Assembly (NCBI GenBank): GCA_020832825.1
Contig: JAJHRL010000001.1
Location: forward strand, 1-61,445
Direction of reading: 5' to 3'
DNA from: Candidatus Aenigmatarchaeota archaeon
Lineage (GTDB): Archaea; Aenigmatarchaeota; Aenigmatarchaeia; CG10238-14; SpSt-28
Length of the DNA: 61,445 nt
Positions within the stretch are counted from its first letter, which is position 1. Each line of letters opens with the position of its first letter. Below are positions 55,334 to 61,445 of this stretch, one piece after another. Below the pieces are notes generated by a model. It was not told the DNA's origin. It saw only the letters and a program-made list of their open reading frames with translations, and ran no database searches. The translations under genes were made by a program, and so were the position numbers.

Positions 55334-55579
55334 CTACCCTTCCCCCTCCACAACAACTCTATAATAAACGGACTCTCCTGTAACCTCATTAAATCTGGTT
55401 ATTTTTATCACATCACCAGGTTTAGCATTTAGTATTTTTACCTGAGGATCAGTGGTATAAATTCTAGGGAAATTTTTTAAGCTTCCATATCTTCTTATAA
55501 GTTCCTCTTTCTCTTTTTCGCTAATTATTTCGTGTTTAGGTACTAACTCATGTTTAGAAACATCTATCTCTTTCTTCAC
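55334..55579 (-). CDS. rpoH: RNA polymerase subunit H
   Basis: HELVPKHEIISEKEKEEL..., PGDVIKITR. GTG start with GAGGTGG upstream. First gene of the rpo cluster. Confidence 0.92.
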   Translation of the reverse strand: MKKEIDVSKHELVPKHEIISEKEKEELIRRYGSLKNFPRIYTTDPQVKILNAKPGDVIKITRFNEVTGESVYYRVVVEGEG

Positions 55580-55668
55580 TGCCCCACCTCAATCATAAAA
55601 TGATACTTTTCTTTATTGATTTCTAAACTTTTAAACTTAACTAGTGGCAAAATAGAAAGGTACTCATG

Positions 55669-55742
55669 AGCCCTGGGCGGGATTTGAACCCGCGACCCCC
55701 TCATTACCAGTGAGGTGCTCTACCAGACTGAGCTACCAGGGC
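55669..55742 (-). tRNA. tRNA-Thr (GGT)
   Basis: GCCCTGG/CCAGGGC acceptor, anticodon arm CCTCA-CTGGTAA-TGAGG, T arm GCGGG-TTCAAAT-CCCGC, discriminator T. Confidence 0.9.
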
Positions 55743-55854
55743 ATAATTCCTGCTCTTCATTACCGCATTTATTTCTTTTCTTTTAGCAAAAAGAGCGTAA
55801 GAAAGTTATTCCTTCACAACTTCTAGTAGTTTTTAGACCTTTGTGCTATTGGGC

Positions 55855-56112
55855 TTATTCAACAATCTTGTAAATCTTATCACCCTCTCTTACTCTACCC
55901 TCGACCTTTAATCCTATTACCTGACCGCTTTGGGCGACTTCAATGTCAACATGATTTAATTGCATCGACGTCACAGTCTGAGCCAGCTTTGTGGTTTTTC
56001 CCTCAATCTCTATCTTATCTCCTTTTGCTAGTTTCTCTTGCAGTTCAACTACTGCAACACTAATTCTCGGGTAATAATGTGTAACCTTACCGACTAGTAT
56101 TTTTTCTGCCAT
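55855..56112 (-). CDS. Small EF-Tu domain-2-like beta-barrel protein
   Basis: VGKVTHYYPRISVAVVEL..GDKIEI.G....Q.V.SMQ.....V..A..G..IGLKV...VREGD.IY fits the translation-factor domain II barrel pattern. Confidence 0.5.
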   Translation of the reverse strand: MAEKILVGKVTHYYPRISVAVVELQEKLAKGDKIEIEGKTTKLAQTVTSMQLNHVDIEVAQSGQVIGLKVEGRVREGDKIYKIVE

Positions 56113-56145
56113 ATGTGTAGTTTGCGAGTATCTTTATAAATAGCA

Positions 56146-56281
56146 TGCCGGGGGTGGGATTTGAACCCACGAAGGGACTAACCCAGCAGGTTTCTTCATT
56201 TTTTCAGAGCTTATGTGCCTAGCCAGCACTTAAGCTTCAGCGATGGCACTGCCGCCATCGACCAGGCTAGGCGACCCCGGC
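56146..56281 (-). tRNA. Class II tRNA, most likely tRNA-Leu (TAA), with two introns
   Basis: 136 nt. Acceptor GCCGGGG/CCCCGGC, discriminator A, D arm GCC-TAGCCTGGTCGAT-GGC, long variable arm, T arm GTGGG-TTCAAAT-CCCAC. Removing 56236-56248 (13 nt) and 56192-56228 (37 nt) yields anticodon arm GCAGG-CTTAAGA-CCTGC and an 86-nt tRNA. Confidence 0.65.
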
Positions 56282-56315
56282 ACTATACATGAAATAAACA
56301 GCGAAACTTATAATT

Positions 56316-56936
56316 TTAATCGAGTTTGTCAATTTGACGCTCAAATTCCCTAAGTTTTTTTTCAAAAATCTCAGTCGCTGTTAATACAATTTCTTCTGCA
56401 GAAAGACCAGAGCACGATTCCACCTCAAATGTAATCCTCCCCTCTTCATCAATTCCGTAACCAACAATTGCTCCCTGCCATTTTATATGTTCTTTACCGT
56501 ACCCCAATCTTGCGTATGCAATTAATTCAAGTTCTTGTCCTTCTAACAATTCAACAATAGGAATTCTATCAAACACTGGTTTTACACTTTCATCTTCTGA
56601 CTCTAAATCTCCAGAGTAAACTGTACAAGGCCCCCTTTTCTTTAATTTTAATTTAGCAAAACATTGCGAATCCTTGATGCTAGCTTCTTTACACTCTTCT
56701 GGCAATTTATATGCTCTTCTATCAAAAGTGAGAGGAATTAAAGCAAGCCTATGAGCAATGAGCTCGTCGTATAAAGCAGAATCGTTCTTCTTAAAATCAA
56801 CCCACTCTATTGCCATAGTGGGAATCTCAGAAATCATTATTCTTCGAAGAGCGTTAGCGAAGGACGGGCCTATCCCCTCAACACGAAATTTTATTCTTTC
56901 TTTTGACTTCTCTAGTATTTCAACTTTTATCGACAC
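56316..56936 (-). CDS. rpoD: RNA polymerase subunit D
   Basis: FANALRRIMISEIPTMAIEWV, YDELIAHRLALIPL. Confidence 0.92.
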   Translation of the reverse strand: MSIKVEILEKSKERIKFRVEGIGPSFANALRRIMISEIPTMAIEWVDFKKNDSALYDELIAHRLALIPLTFDRRAYKLPEECKEASIKDSQCFAKLKLKKRGPCTVYSGDLESEDESVKPVFDRIPIVELLEGQELELIAYARLGYGKEHIKWQGAIVGYGIDEEGRITFEVESCSGLSAEEIVLTATEIFEKKLREFERQIDKLD

Positions 56937-56940
56937 AAGT

Positions 56941-57282
56941 CTAACCTCTCTGAATCTTAGCGTATCCAGGTGTTAAGAGCAAGTAGTTCTCATCCACACC
57001 TACTATATCTCCGTCCATTGCTGAAACAGTGTTTTTTAATCTGTCAACAGCTTTTTTTAGTTCACTTAAGTTAGAGTTTTTCAACTCTTTTATGTTGAGA
57101 AAAACTATTTCTCCTTCTCTTAAAAATTCTTGAATTTTGACAACGTCGCTATAGTTCGTTAACTTTTCTATTCTTATTTTCGGTCTTATCTCTTCTTTAA
57201 ATGCTTCCTCTTTAATTTCAACCTCTTCCTTTATCTTTGTTTTCTTAGGTTTTATTACATCTATCAACTTCCTAAATAGCAT
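56941..57282 (-). CDS. sepF: SepF-like cell division protein
   Basis: C-terminal core EIVFLNIKEL......LKKAVDRLKNTVSAMDGDIVGVDENYLLLTPGYAKI matches the SepF/DUF552 pattern. Confidence 0.7.
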   Translation of the reverse strand: MLFRKLIDVIKPKKTKIKEEVEIKEEAFKEEIRPKIRIEKLTNYSDVVKIQEFLREGEIVFLNIKELKNSNLSELKKAVDRLKNTVSAMDGDIVGVDENYLLLTPGYAKIQRG

Positions 57283-57309
57283 AATACTTACTTAAAACTG
57301 AAGCTTAAA

Positions 57310-57573
57310 TTATTTTCTTTTCTTCTCTTTTGCTCTTATTTGCTCAAGTAACGTTACAGCATTCCATATTTGTGTTCTTGTATAAAGTGGCATGTTTGGA
57401 TCGTTTGAAATTTCGTCTAGCGTTACTATCGCTGCATTTATCTTCAGTTCTTCATCCTTCTCTTTACTGTTAAGGGCATTTTTTGCTTTTTCCACAGCTT
57501 CTCTTATATTCCTAGGTACTGTCCTATCGTTAATTATTCTCTCTAATATTTCCAATACTGGTTTATAATCCAT
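57310..57573 (-). CDS. UPF0147-family small helical protein
   Basis: DRTVPRNIREAVEKA...LDEISNDPNMPLYTRTQIWNAV is typical of archaeal UPF0147. Confidence 0.65.
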   Translation of the reverse strand: MDYKPVLEILERIINDRTVPRNIREAVEKAKNALNSKEKDEELKINAAIVTLDEISNDPNMPLYTRTQIWNAVTLLEQIRAKEKKRK

Positions 57574-57894
57574 CTAACCACCCCTCTCCTTTAACCTCTC
57601 CTCTATTTTTCTAATTTTCTCTACTAAATCTTTTTCGATGTTTTCAAGACTTACTATTTTTATTTGCATGTCTTCCTTCATTTCTTTTAATTCTTTCTCA
57701 ACCTCTTCCTTCCTTTTTTTTACCATCACGTTTCCAACAACCTTATAAGTGTTTTCTTCCTTATACTGTGACAGCTCATTCAACGCAGCCTCTATTTCTG
57801 AAATTTGCAACTTTAATGCCTCTTTTTGAAGTAGCACATTCCTTAATTGTTGTTCTAGCAAAAAATACTCCTCCTCAGCGCTTTCCACAACCAT
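57574..57894 (-). CDS. pfdB: Prefoldin beta subunit
   Basis: 106-aa coiled coil with a central hairpin (YKVVGNVMVK), downstream of L37ae-RpoP as in other archaea. Confidence 0.8.
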   Translation of the reverse strand: MVVESAEEEYFLLEQQLRNVLLQKEALKLQISEIEAALNELSQYKEENTYKVVGNVMVKKRKEEVEKELKEMKEDMQIKIVSLENIEKDLVEKIRKIEERLKERGG

Positions 57895-57919
57895 AATATC
57901 TTTAGGTCAATAAATATAA

Positions 57920-58051
57920 CTACCTTGCCTGCACTCTCTTAACTATCTCAGGTCTCATTTTCATTAGAATTCTGTAACCACAGTAAGGACACATTACTTT
58001 TCCTTCAATAAGCTCCGTCACAACTTTTTTACATCTTAAACATTTATACAT
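57920..58051 (-). CDS. rpoP: RNA polymerase subunit P (Rpb12 homolog)
   Basis: Below the ORF-track cutoff. My translation: MYKCLRCKKVVTELIEGKVMCPYCGYRILMKMRPEIVKRVQAR, with a CxxC..CxxC zinc ribbon and the R.L.K.R tail typical of RpoP. Confidence 0.85.
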   Translation of the reverse strand: MYKCLRCKKVVTELIEGKVMCPYCGYRILMKMRPEIVKRVQAR

Positions 58052-58061
58052 AAACCCACCT

Positions 58062-58292
58062 TCAACTTACTCTCGGCGGATAATAAGCTTGACCTGCAAA
58101 CTTTGCCCCGCATTTCTTGCATATCCATATTCCAGTTCCTTCTCTTTTTAAATATCTCATCTTACAATTTGGACATATATGTCTTTGCTTTTCTATTTTC
58201 TCTATTTCTGCTACTTTTTCTCTAATTTTTTTACCATACCTAGCTCCAAATCTTCCTGCAGTCCCGACTTTTTTCTTTCTTCCCATCTTCAT
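58062..58292 (-). CDS. rpl37ae: Ribosomal protein L37Ae
   Basis: GTAGRFGARYG, and zinc ribbon CPNC..CKKCG. Confidence 0.93.
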   Translation of the reverse strand: MKMGRKKKVGTAGRFGARYGKKIREKVAEIEKIEKQRHICPNCKMRYLKREGTGIWICKKCGAKFAGQAYYPPRVS

Positions 58293-58519
58293 CCCTTCGA
58301 GCTTAAAAGTTTTAGTAGTTTAACTATTTCCTCTTCACTTAACATCTTCTTAATCCTTCCGTTTATATAAAGTTTTATAAGATATTCCTCTATCTCGGAT
58401 ACAAGCTCTGGCTTAACAAGTCTTACTCTAGCTAATCTTTCTCTGCCCTCTGGAGAGACGATTCTCCTTAAGATTTCCTTCCTTTCTTTACTTTCCAACC
58501 CTTCCACTAATCTCACCAA
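58289..58519 (-). CDS. PDCD5/TFAR19-like dsDNA-binding protein (short form)
   Basis: ILRRIVSPEGRERLARVRLVKPELVSEIEEYLI matches the family core. Non-ATG start (TTG/GTG) overlaps the rps19e 3' end. Confidence 0.65.
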   Translation of the reverse strand: MVRLVEGLESKERKEILRRIVSPEGRERLARVRLVKPELVSEIEEYLIKLYINGRIKKMLSEEEIVKLLKLLSSKG

Positions 58520-58913
58520 TTATTCTATCTACAAACCTTCTGCCTTCAGGAGTTAAGACTCTTCCCTTTTTTTCTTTTTTCACAAGTCCAGCCTTCTCGA
58601 GTTGTTGAAGAATTTTTCTTATTATTGATCCTCCAGCTTTGTAGGTTTTCGCTGGTCTTCTTCCCCTTCTTTTTCTTCCACCGTAGTACGTTCTTAGTCT
58701 CGAAACACCAACTGGACCGTCAATATAAATTCTTCTTAAAATAGAAGCGGCTCTTATATACCAGAAATCTGGTTGTTGAGGTGGTCTTTCCCTATGTGGC
58801 CCGCTTTTAACCATTTGTGCCCAGAGAGGAGGCTTTATAACTTCAATCTTCTTTAGTTCCTCTTTCAACCTTTCTATTAGCTTGTCAGCAGGAACCTCAA
58901 ATATACTTACCAT
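58488..58913 (-). CDS. rps19e: Ribosomal protein S19e
   Basis: PDFWYIRAASILRRIY..GPVGV..LR..YGG, IIRKILQQLEKAGLV. Confidence 0.93.
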   Translation of the reverse strand: MVSIFEVPADKLIERLKEELKKIEVIKPPLWAQMVKSGPHRERPPQQPDFWYIRAASILRRIYIDGPVGVSRLRTYYGGRKRRGRRPAKTYKAGGSIIRKILQQLEKAGLVKKEKKGRVLTPEGRRFVDRIIGEISGRVGK

Positions 58914-58966
58914 ACAATCCTATTAAAAACCAATAGTTAAAAAGTTATAGTCATGAGCTTAGTTTA

Positions 58967-60652
58967 TTATCCTGCCTTACCTTGTGATTTATATAACTCA
59001 ATTAGTCTGTTGATGGTGTCGACATCTTCCGGCCCTTTATCCTCTCTTAACCTAACAAAAGCGGGAAATCTTAAAGCATATCCAGATTCATAATTTGGTG
59101 ATTTCTGAATTTCTTGGTATTTGACTTCAACTACGATTTTTGGCCTTACCTTAACTTCTTTTCCTTTTTCTTGTATAATCAAAGGTTTTAACAATTCAGT
59201 CATCATTTCATATTCTTCTTCTGTTAAACCAGTAGACATCATTCCACATCTTAAGAAATTTCCAGTGTCAGGATCCCTTACAGCTAACTCGAATGATGTT
59301 AGCCAATTTGCTCTAGCTCCTTCACCCCATGTAGCACCAACTATAACTAAATCTAAATTCTCCATTGTTGGTTTAATTTTATACCAACCACCAACATGTC
59401 TTCCAAATCTATAAGGAGAATTTAAAACTTTCAGCATTAATCCTTCTTGTTTAGCGTTTAATGCTTCATTATAAAACTCTTCTATTTTCTTCACATCTTT
59501 TGTTATTAATTGTTTTGCTAACTCGAATTTACCAGGGATAACTTCTATAGCGCTTTCTAAAATTTTTCTTCTTTCAATCAAAGGCTTGCTTATTAACATT
59601 TCTCCGTTCAAATAAATTATGTCAAAAAGATGGATTTGAACCGGAATTTTTTCAACCATTTTTTCAATATCATACTTTCTATGAATTCTTTGTGATAAAA
59701 CTTGAAACGCCATTGGTGTATTAGTTTTCGGGTCTACTGCTATTGTTTCTCCCTCAATAACACATTCATCTACCTTAATTCCTTTTTTACATAATTCTAC
59801 AAGATCTGGAAACTGTTTTGTGACATCTTCTTGCCTTCTCGTAAACAACCAAATCTTATCCGCTTTCTTCATTATAATCGTTCTCATTCCATCATACTTC
59901 CATTCTGCTGCAACTTCTCCATATTCTTTAACAACTTCTTCTATACTTTCTGCTTTTTCTCCAAGCATCACTTGTATCGGTCTACCAATCTCTATTTTAA
60001 CACTCTTTAATCCTTCAATTCCCTTTTCTTTTGCGATTTTTGCAACAAGAGAAAAATCGGAAAGAATAGACCAAGCGTAATCAACAGCTTCAGCTGCTTC
60101 TTCTTTTGATGGGAGAAAAGCTTCGACTATTGCATCTCTTATAAGACCTTCAGCAACACCTATTCTCAATTCTCCCAAAATCGTTCTAACTAAATATTTT
60201 GCTTCTTTAGGTTCTGCAATAAGCAAAAGATGATATATTGTCATTATTTTCTTCTCTTGTGATCCTTCTCCAGATAGCAAAGGAAGTTTTCTTAATTCTT
60301 CGAAAACTTTTTCAACCATCAATGATTTTTTAAATAAAGTAGCTTGTTTTTTGTTTTTTGATAATTTTTCAGCGACCAAACCTAAATCACCAAGCTTGGC
60401 AAATTCTTCTTCGATTTTCTCCTCAGAAAGACCATATGCTTTTGACATAGCTCTAATCATAAGTTGAGTAGCAATACCAAGCTCTAATTGAGTGTATTTT
60501 GGATAGACAATACCTTGGACCAAAAACACGACTCTTTCCAAATCTTCCGCAGAACATTGAGAAAATAGTTTAGCTAAAATTTTTGTTTTTTCTATTTTTG
60601 AGGATTCTTTTTCCAACTTTTCGTAATATTCGCAAAGAACTTTGTATTCCAT
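58967..60652 (-). CDS. lig: ATP-dependent DNA ligase
   Basis: Adenylation motif EWKYDGMR, EGLMLK, and an OB domain with a C-terminal LRFPAFVRLREDK-type motif. Confidence 0.95.
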   Translation of the reverse strand: MEYKVLCEYYEKLEKESSKIEKTKILAKLFSQCSAEDLERVVFLVQGIVYPKYTQLELGIATQLMIRAMSKAYGLSEEKIEEEFAKLGDLGLVAEKLSKNKKQATLFKKSLMVEKVFEELRKLPLLSGEGSQEKKIMTIYHLLLIAEPKEAKYLVRTILGELRIGVAEGLIRDAIVEAFLPSKEEAAEAVDYAWSILSDFSLVAKIAKEKGIEGLKSVKIEIGRPIQVMLGEKAESIEEVVKEYGEVAAEWKYDGMRTIIMKKADKIWLFTRRQEDVTKQFPDLVELCKKGIKVDECVIEGETIAVDPKTNTPMAFQVLSQRIHRKYDIEKMVEKIPVQIHLFDIIYLNGEMLISKPLIERRKILESAIEVIPGKFELAKQLITKDVKKIEEFYNEALNAKQEGLMLKVLNSPYRFGRHVGGWYKIKPTMENLDLVIVGATWGEGARANWLTSFELAVRDPDTGNFLRCGMMSTGLTEEEYEMMTELLKPLIIQEKGKEVKVRPKIVVEVKYQEIQKSPNYESGYALRFPAFVRLREDKGPEDVDTINRLIELYKSQGKAG

Positions 60653-60744
60653 AAAATTTATTTTGTTAGAGAGTGTAAAAGTTTTTATAGGAAAACTTTA
60701 AAAGCTCTAATTATCATAATTATTGTTGTAGTAGTTTTCGATTA

Positions 60745-60933
60745 ATGATAAGAGGAGAAGAAAAGAAGATGGGCCATATACTTTACGATAGAAGTTGGAA
60801 ATACAAGGTTTGTGAGATTTGTAGAAAGAATTCTCACGAAGAGGTAGAAATGGTTAGAGAAGTCATTGAAGTTAATGGTAAGAAAGAAGAATTTTGGGTT
60901 TGTCCTGTTTGTGGTTCGACTAAAAAATATTAA
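60745..60933 (+). CDS. Small zinc-ribbon protein
   Basis: CEIC...(26 aa)...CPVCG. The start may be the internal Met (MGHILYD). Confidence 0.45.
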   Translation: MIRGEEKKMGHILYDRSWKYKVCEICRKNSHEEVEMVREVIEVNGKKEEFWVCPVCGSTKKY

Positions 60934-60947
60934 AAACAATTAAAGAA

Positions 60948-61163
60948 ATGGAAGAGATTAAAAGAGAACAGGAGAAAAAAATCTCTCCAGAATGGCTATT
61001 AGATTGCGTTTGTTTAGAAGACAACGGTCATACTCTTGTAATTTCACCAAATGAGTGTTTTAAGCGTGGAATAACTACAATAAAAATTACTCTTGGAAGA
61101 TTTAGCTCTCCAACAGTTCTTACTTATAAAATAAGCGAGATTTACAAAGAGAAAAAGGAATAA
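60948..61163 (+). CDS. Hypothetical protein (71 aa)
   Basis: ORF with ATG close behind the previous gene. No recognisable family. Confidence 0.35.
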   Translation: MEEIKREQEKKISPEWLLDCVCLEDNGHTLVISPNECFKRGITTIKITLGRFSSPTVLTYKISEIYKEKKE

Positions 61164-61185
61164 ATGCATTAAACAAAAATAAAAT

Positions 61186-61445
61186 ATGGATGTTTTTGAA
61201 GCAATTGCAAAAAGAAGAAGCATAAGAAAATATCAGGATAAAGATGTTGATGATAAATTGATCGGAGTTCTGCTCTGGGCTGCGGCTCAAGCTCCTTCTG
61301 CCGGAAATTTGCAAGATTGGAGGTTTATTGTTGTTAGAGATAAGAAAACTAAAGAATTGCTTTATAATGCCGCATTAAAACAGGAACACGTTAAAGAAGC
61401 ACCAGTTTTAATTGTTGTTTGCTCGGATTTAGAAGTTTTAAGCTT
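61186..61445 (+). CDS. Nitroreductase-family protein (N-terminal part, cut by window edge)
   Basis: My translation: MDVFEAIAKRRSIRKYQDKDVDDKLIGVLLWAAAQAPSAGNLQDWRFIVV.., the classic nitroreductase N-terminus (RRS.R.Y...., APSAGN.Q.W.F.VV). Confidence 0.8.
   Translation, partial: MDVFEAIAKRRSIRKYQDKDVDDKLIGVLLWAAAQAPSAGNLQDWRFIVVRDKKTKELLYNAALKQEHVKEAPVLIVVCSDLEVLS

Noticed and set aside
56146-56281. Alternative splicing model for the class II tRNA giving loop CUCUGAA (anticodon CUG, Gln)
   Set aside because: Removing comp. 56211-56248 also yields a GCAGG/CCTGC stem. However, a Gln anticodon is incompatible with the long variable arm and the Leu-type D loop. The Leu(UAA) two-intron model fits all identity features.
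60742-60939. 65-aa minus ORF
   Set aside because: It is exactly antisense to the zinc-ribbon ORF (60745..60933). The + strand product has a CxxC...CxxC motif and follows the local gene orientation, so the minus ORF is the shadow.

Overview
AT-rich archaeal chromosomal segment, almost entirely coding. The structural RNAs are conspicuously GC-rich, which suggests a thermophile. Lineage cannot be assigned from sequence alone; split rpoB, SepF, Hef and the operon layout look euryarchaeal- or DPANN-like. I support about 75 protein genes, one 5S rRNA and four tRNAs: Asp, Thr, Ser with one intron, and Leu with apparently two introns. Four genes missing from the ORF track were added by hand: SRP54 (runs off the window), L39e, RpoP and a 3' partial nitroreductase. 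Core blocks are: SRP54-FtsY-prefoldin alpha; 5S rRNA-tRNAAsp; the rpoH-rpoB''-rpoB'/A'-rpoA''-L30e-NusA-S12-S7-EF2-EF1alpha-S10 cluster; Pop5-proteasome alpha-SBDS-Rrp4-Rrp41-Rrp42-L39e; and S19e-PDCD5-like-L37ae-RpoP-prefoldin beta-UPF0147-SepF-RpoD. The window also holds DNA ligase, PolB, Nth, AspRS, ProRS, PEP synthase, a glycogen cluster and a branched-polyamine cluster. The most unusual observations are: (1) RpoB' and RpoA' are one continuous 1427-aa reading frame. (2) A cassette of small unknown genes is centred on a Cas4-like nuclease without Fe-S cysteines, followed by a frameshifted wHTH gene and a single orphan CRISPR repeat, with no cas genes or array. (3) A class II tRNA needs two introns to give a Leu(UAA) anticodon arm, and the tRNA introns share a K-loop-like motif. 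(4) Hef is split into helicase and nuclease genes at the head of a tightly overlapping operon with a DUF460 RNase-H-like protein, an archaeosortase-like protein with Ser in place of the expected Cys, and a long coiled-coil protein. (5) Two radical SAM genes flank the polyamine genes. There are also several gene-decay remnants. All functional calls rest on motif recognition by eye and no database search was possible.
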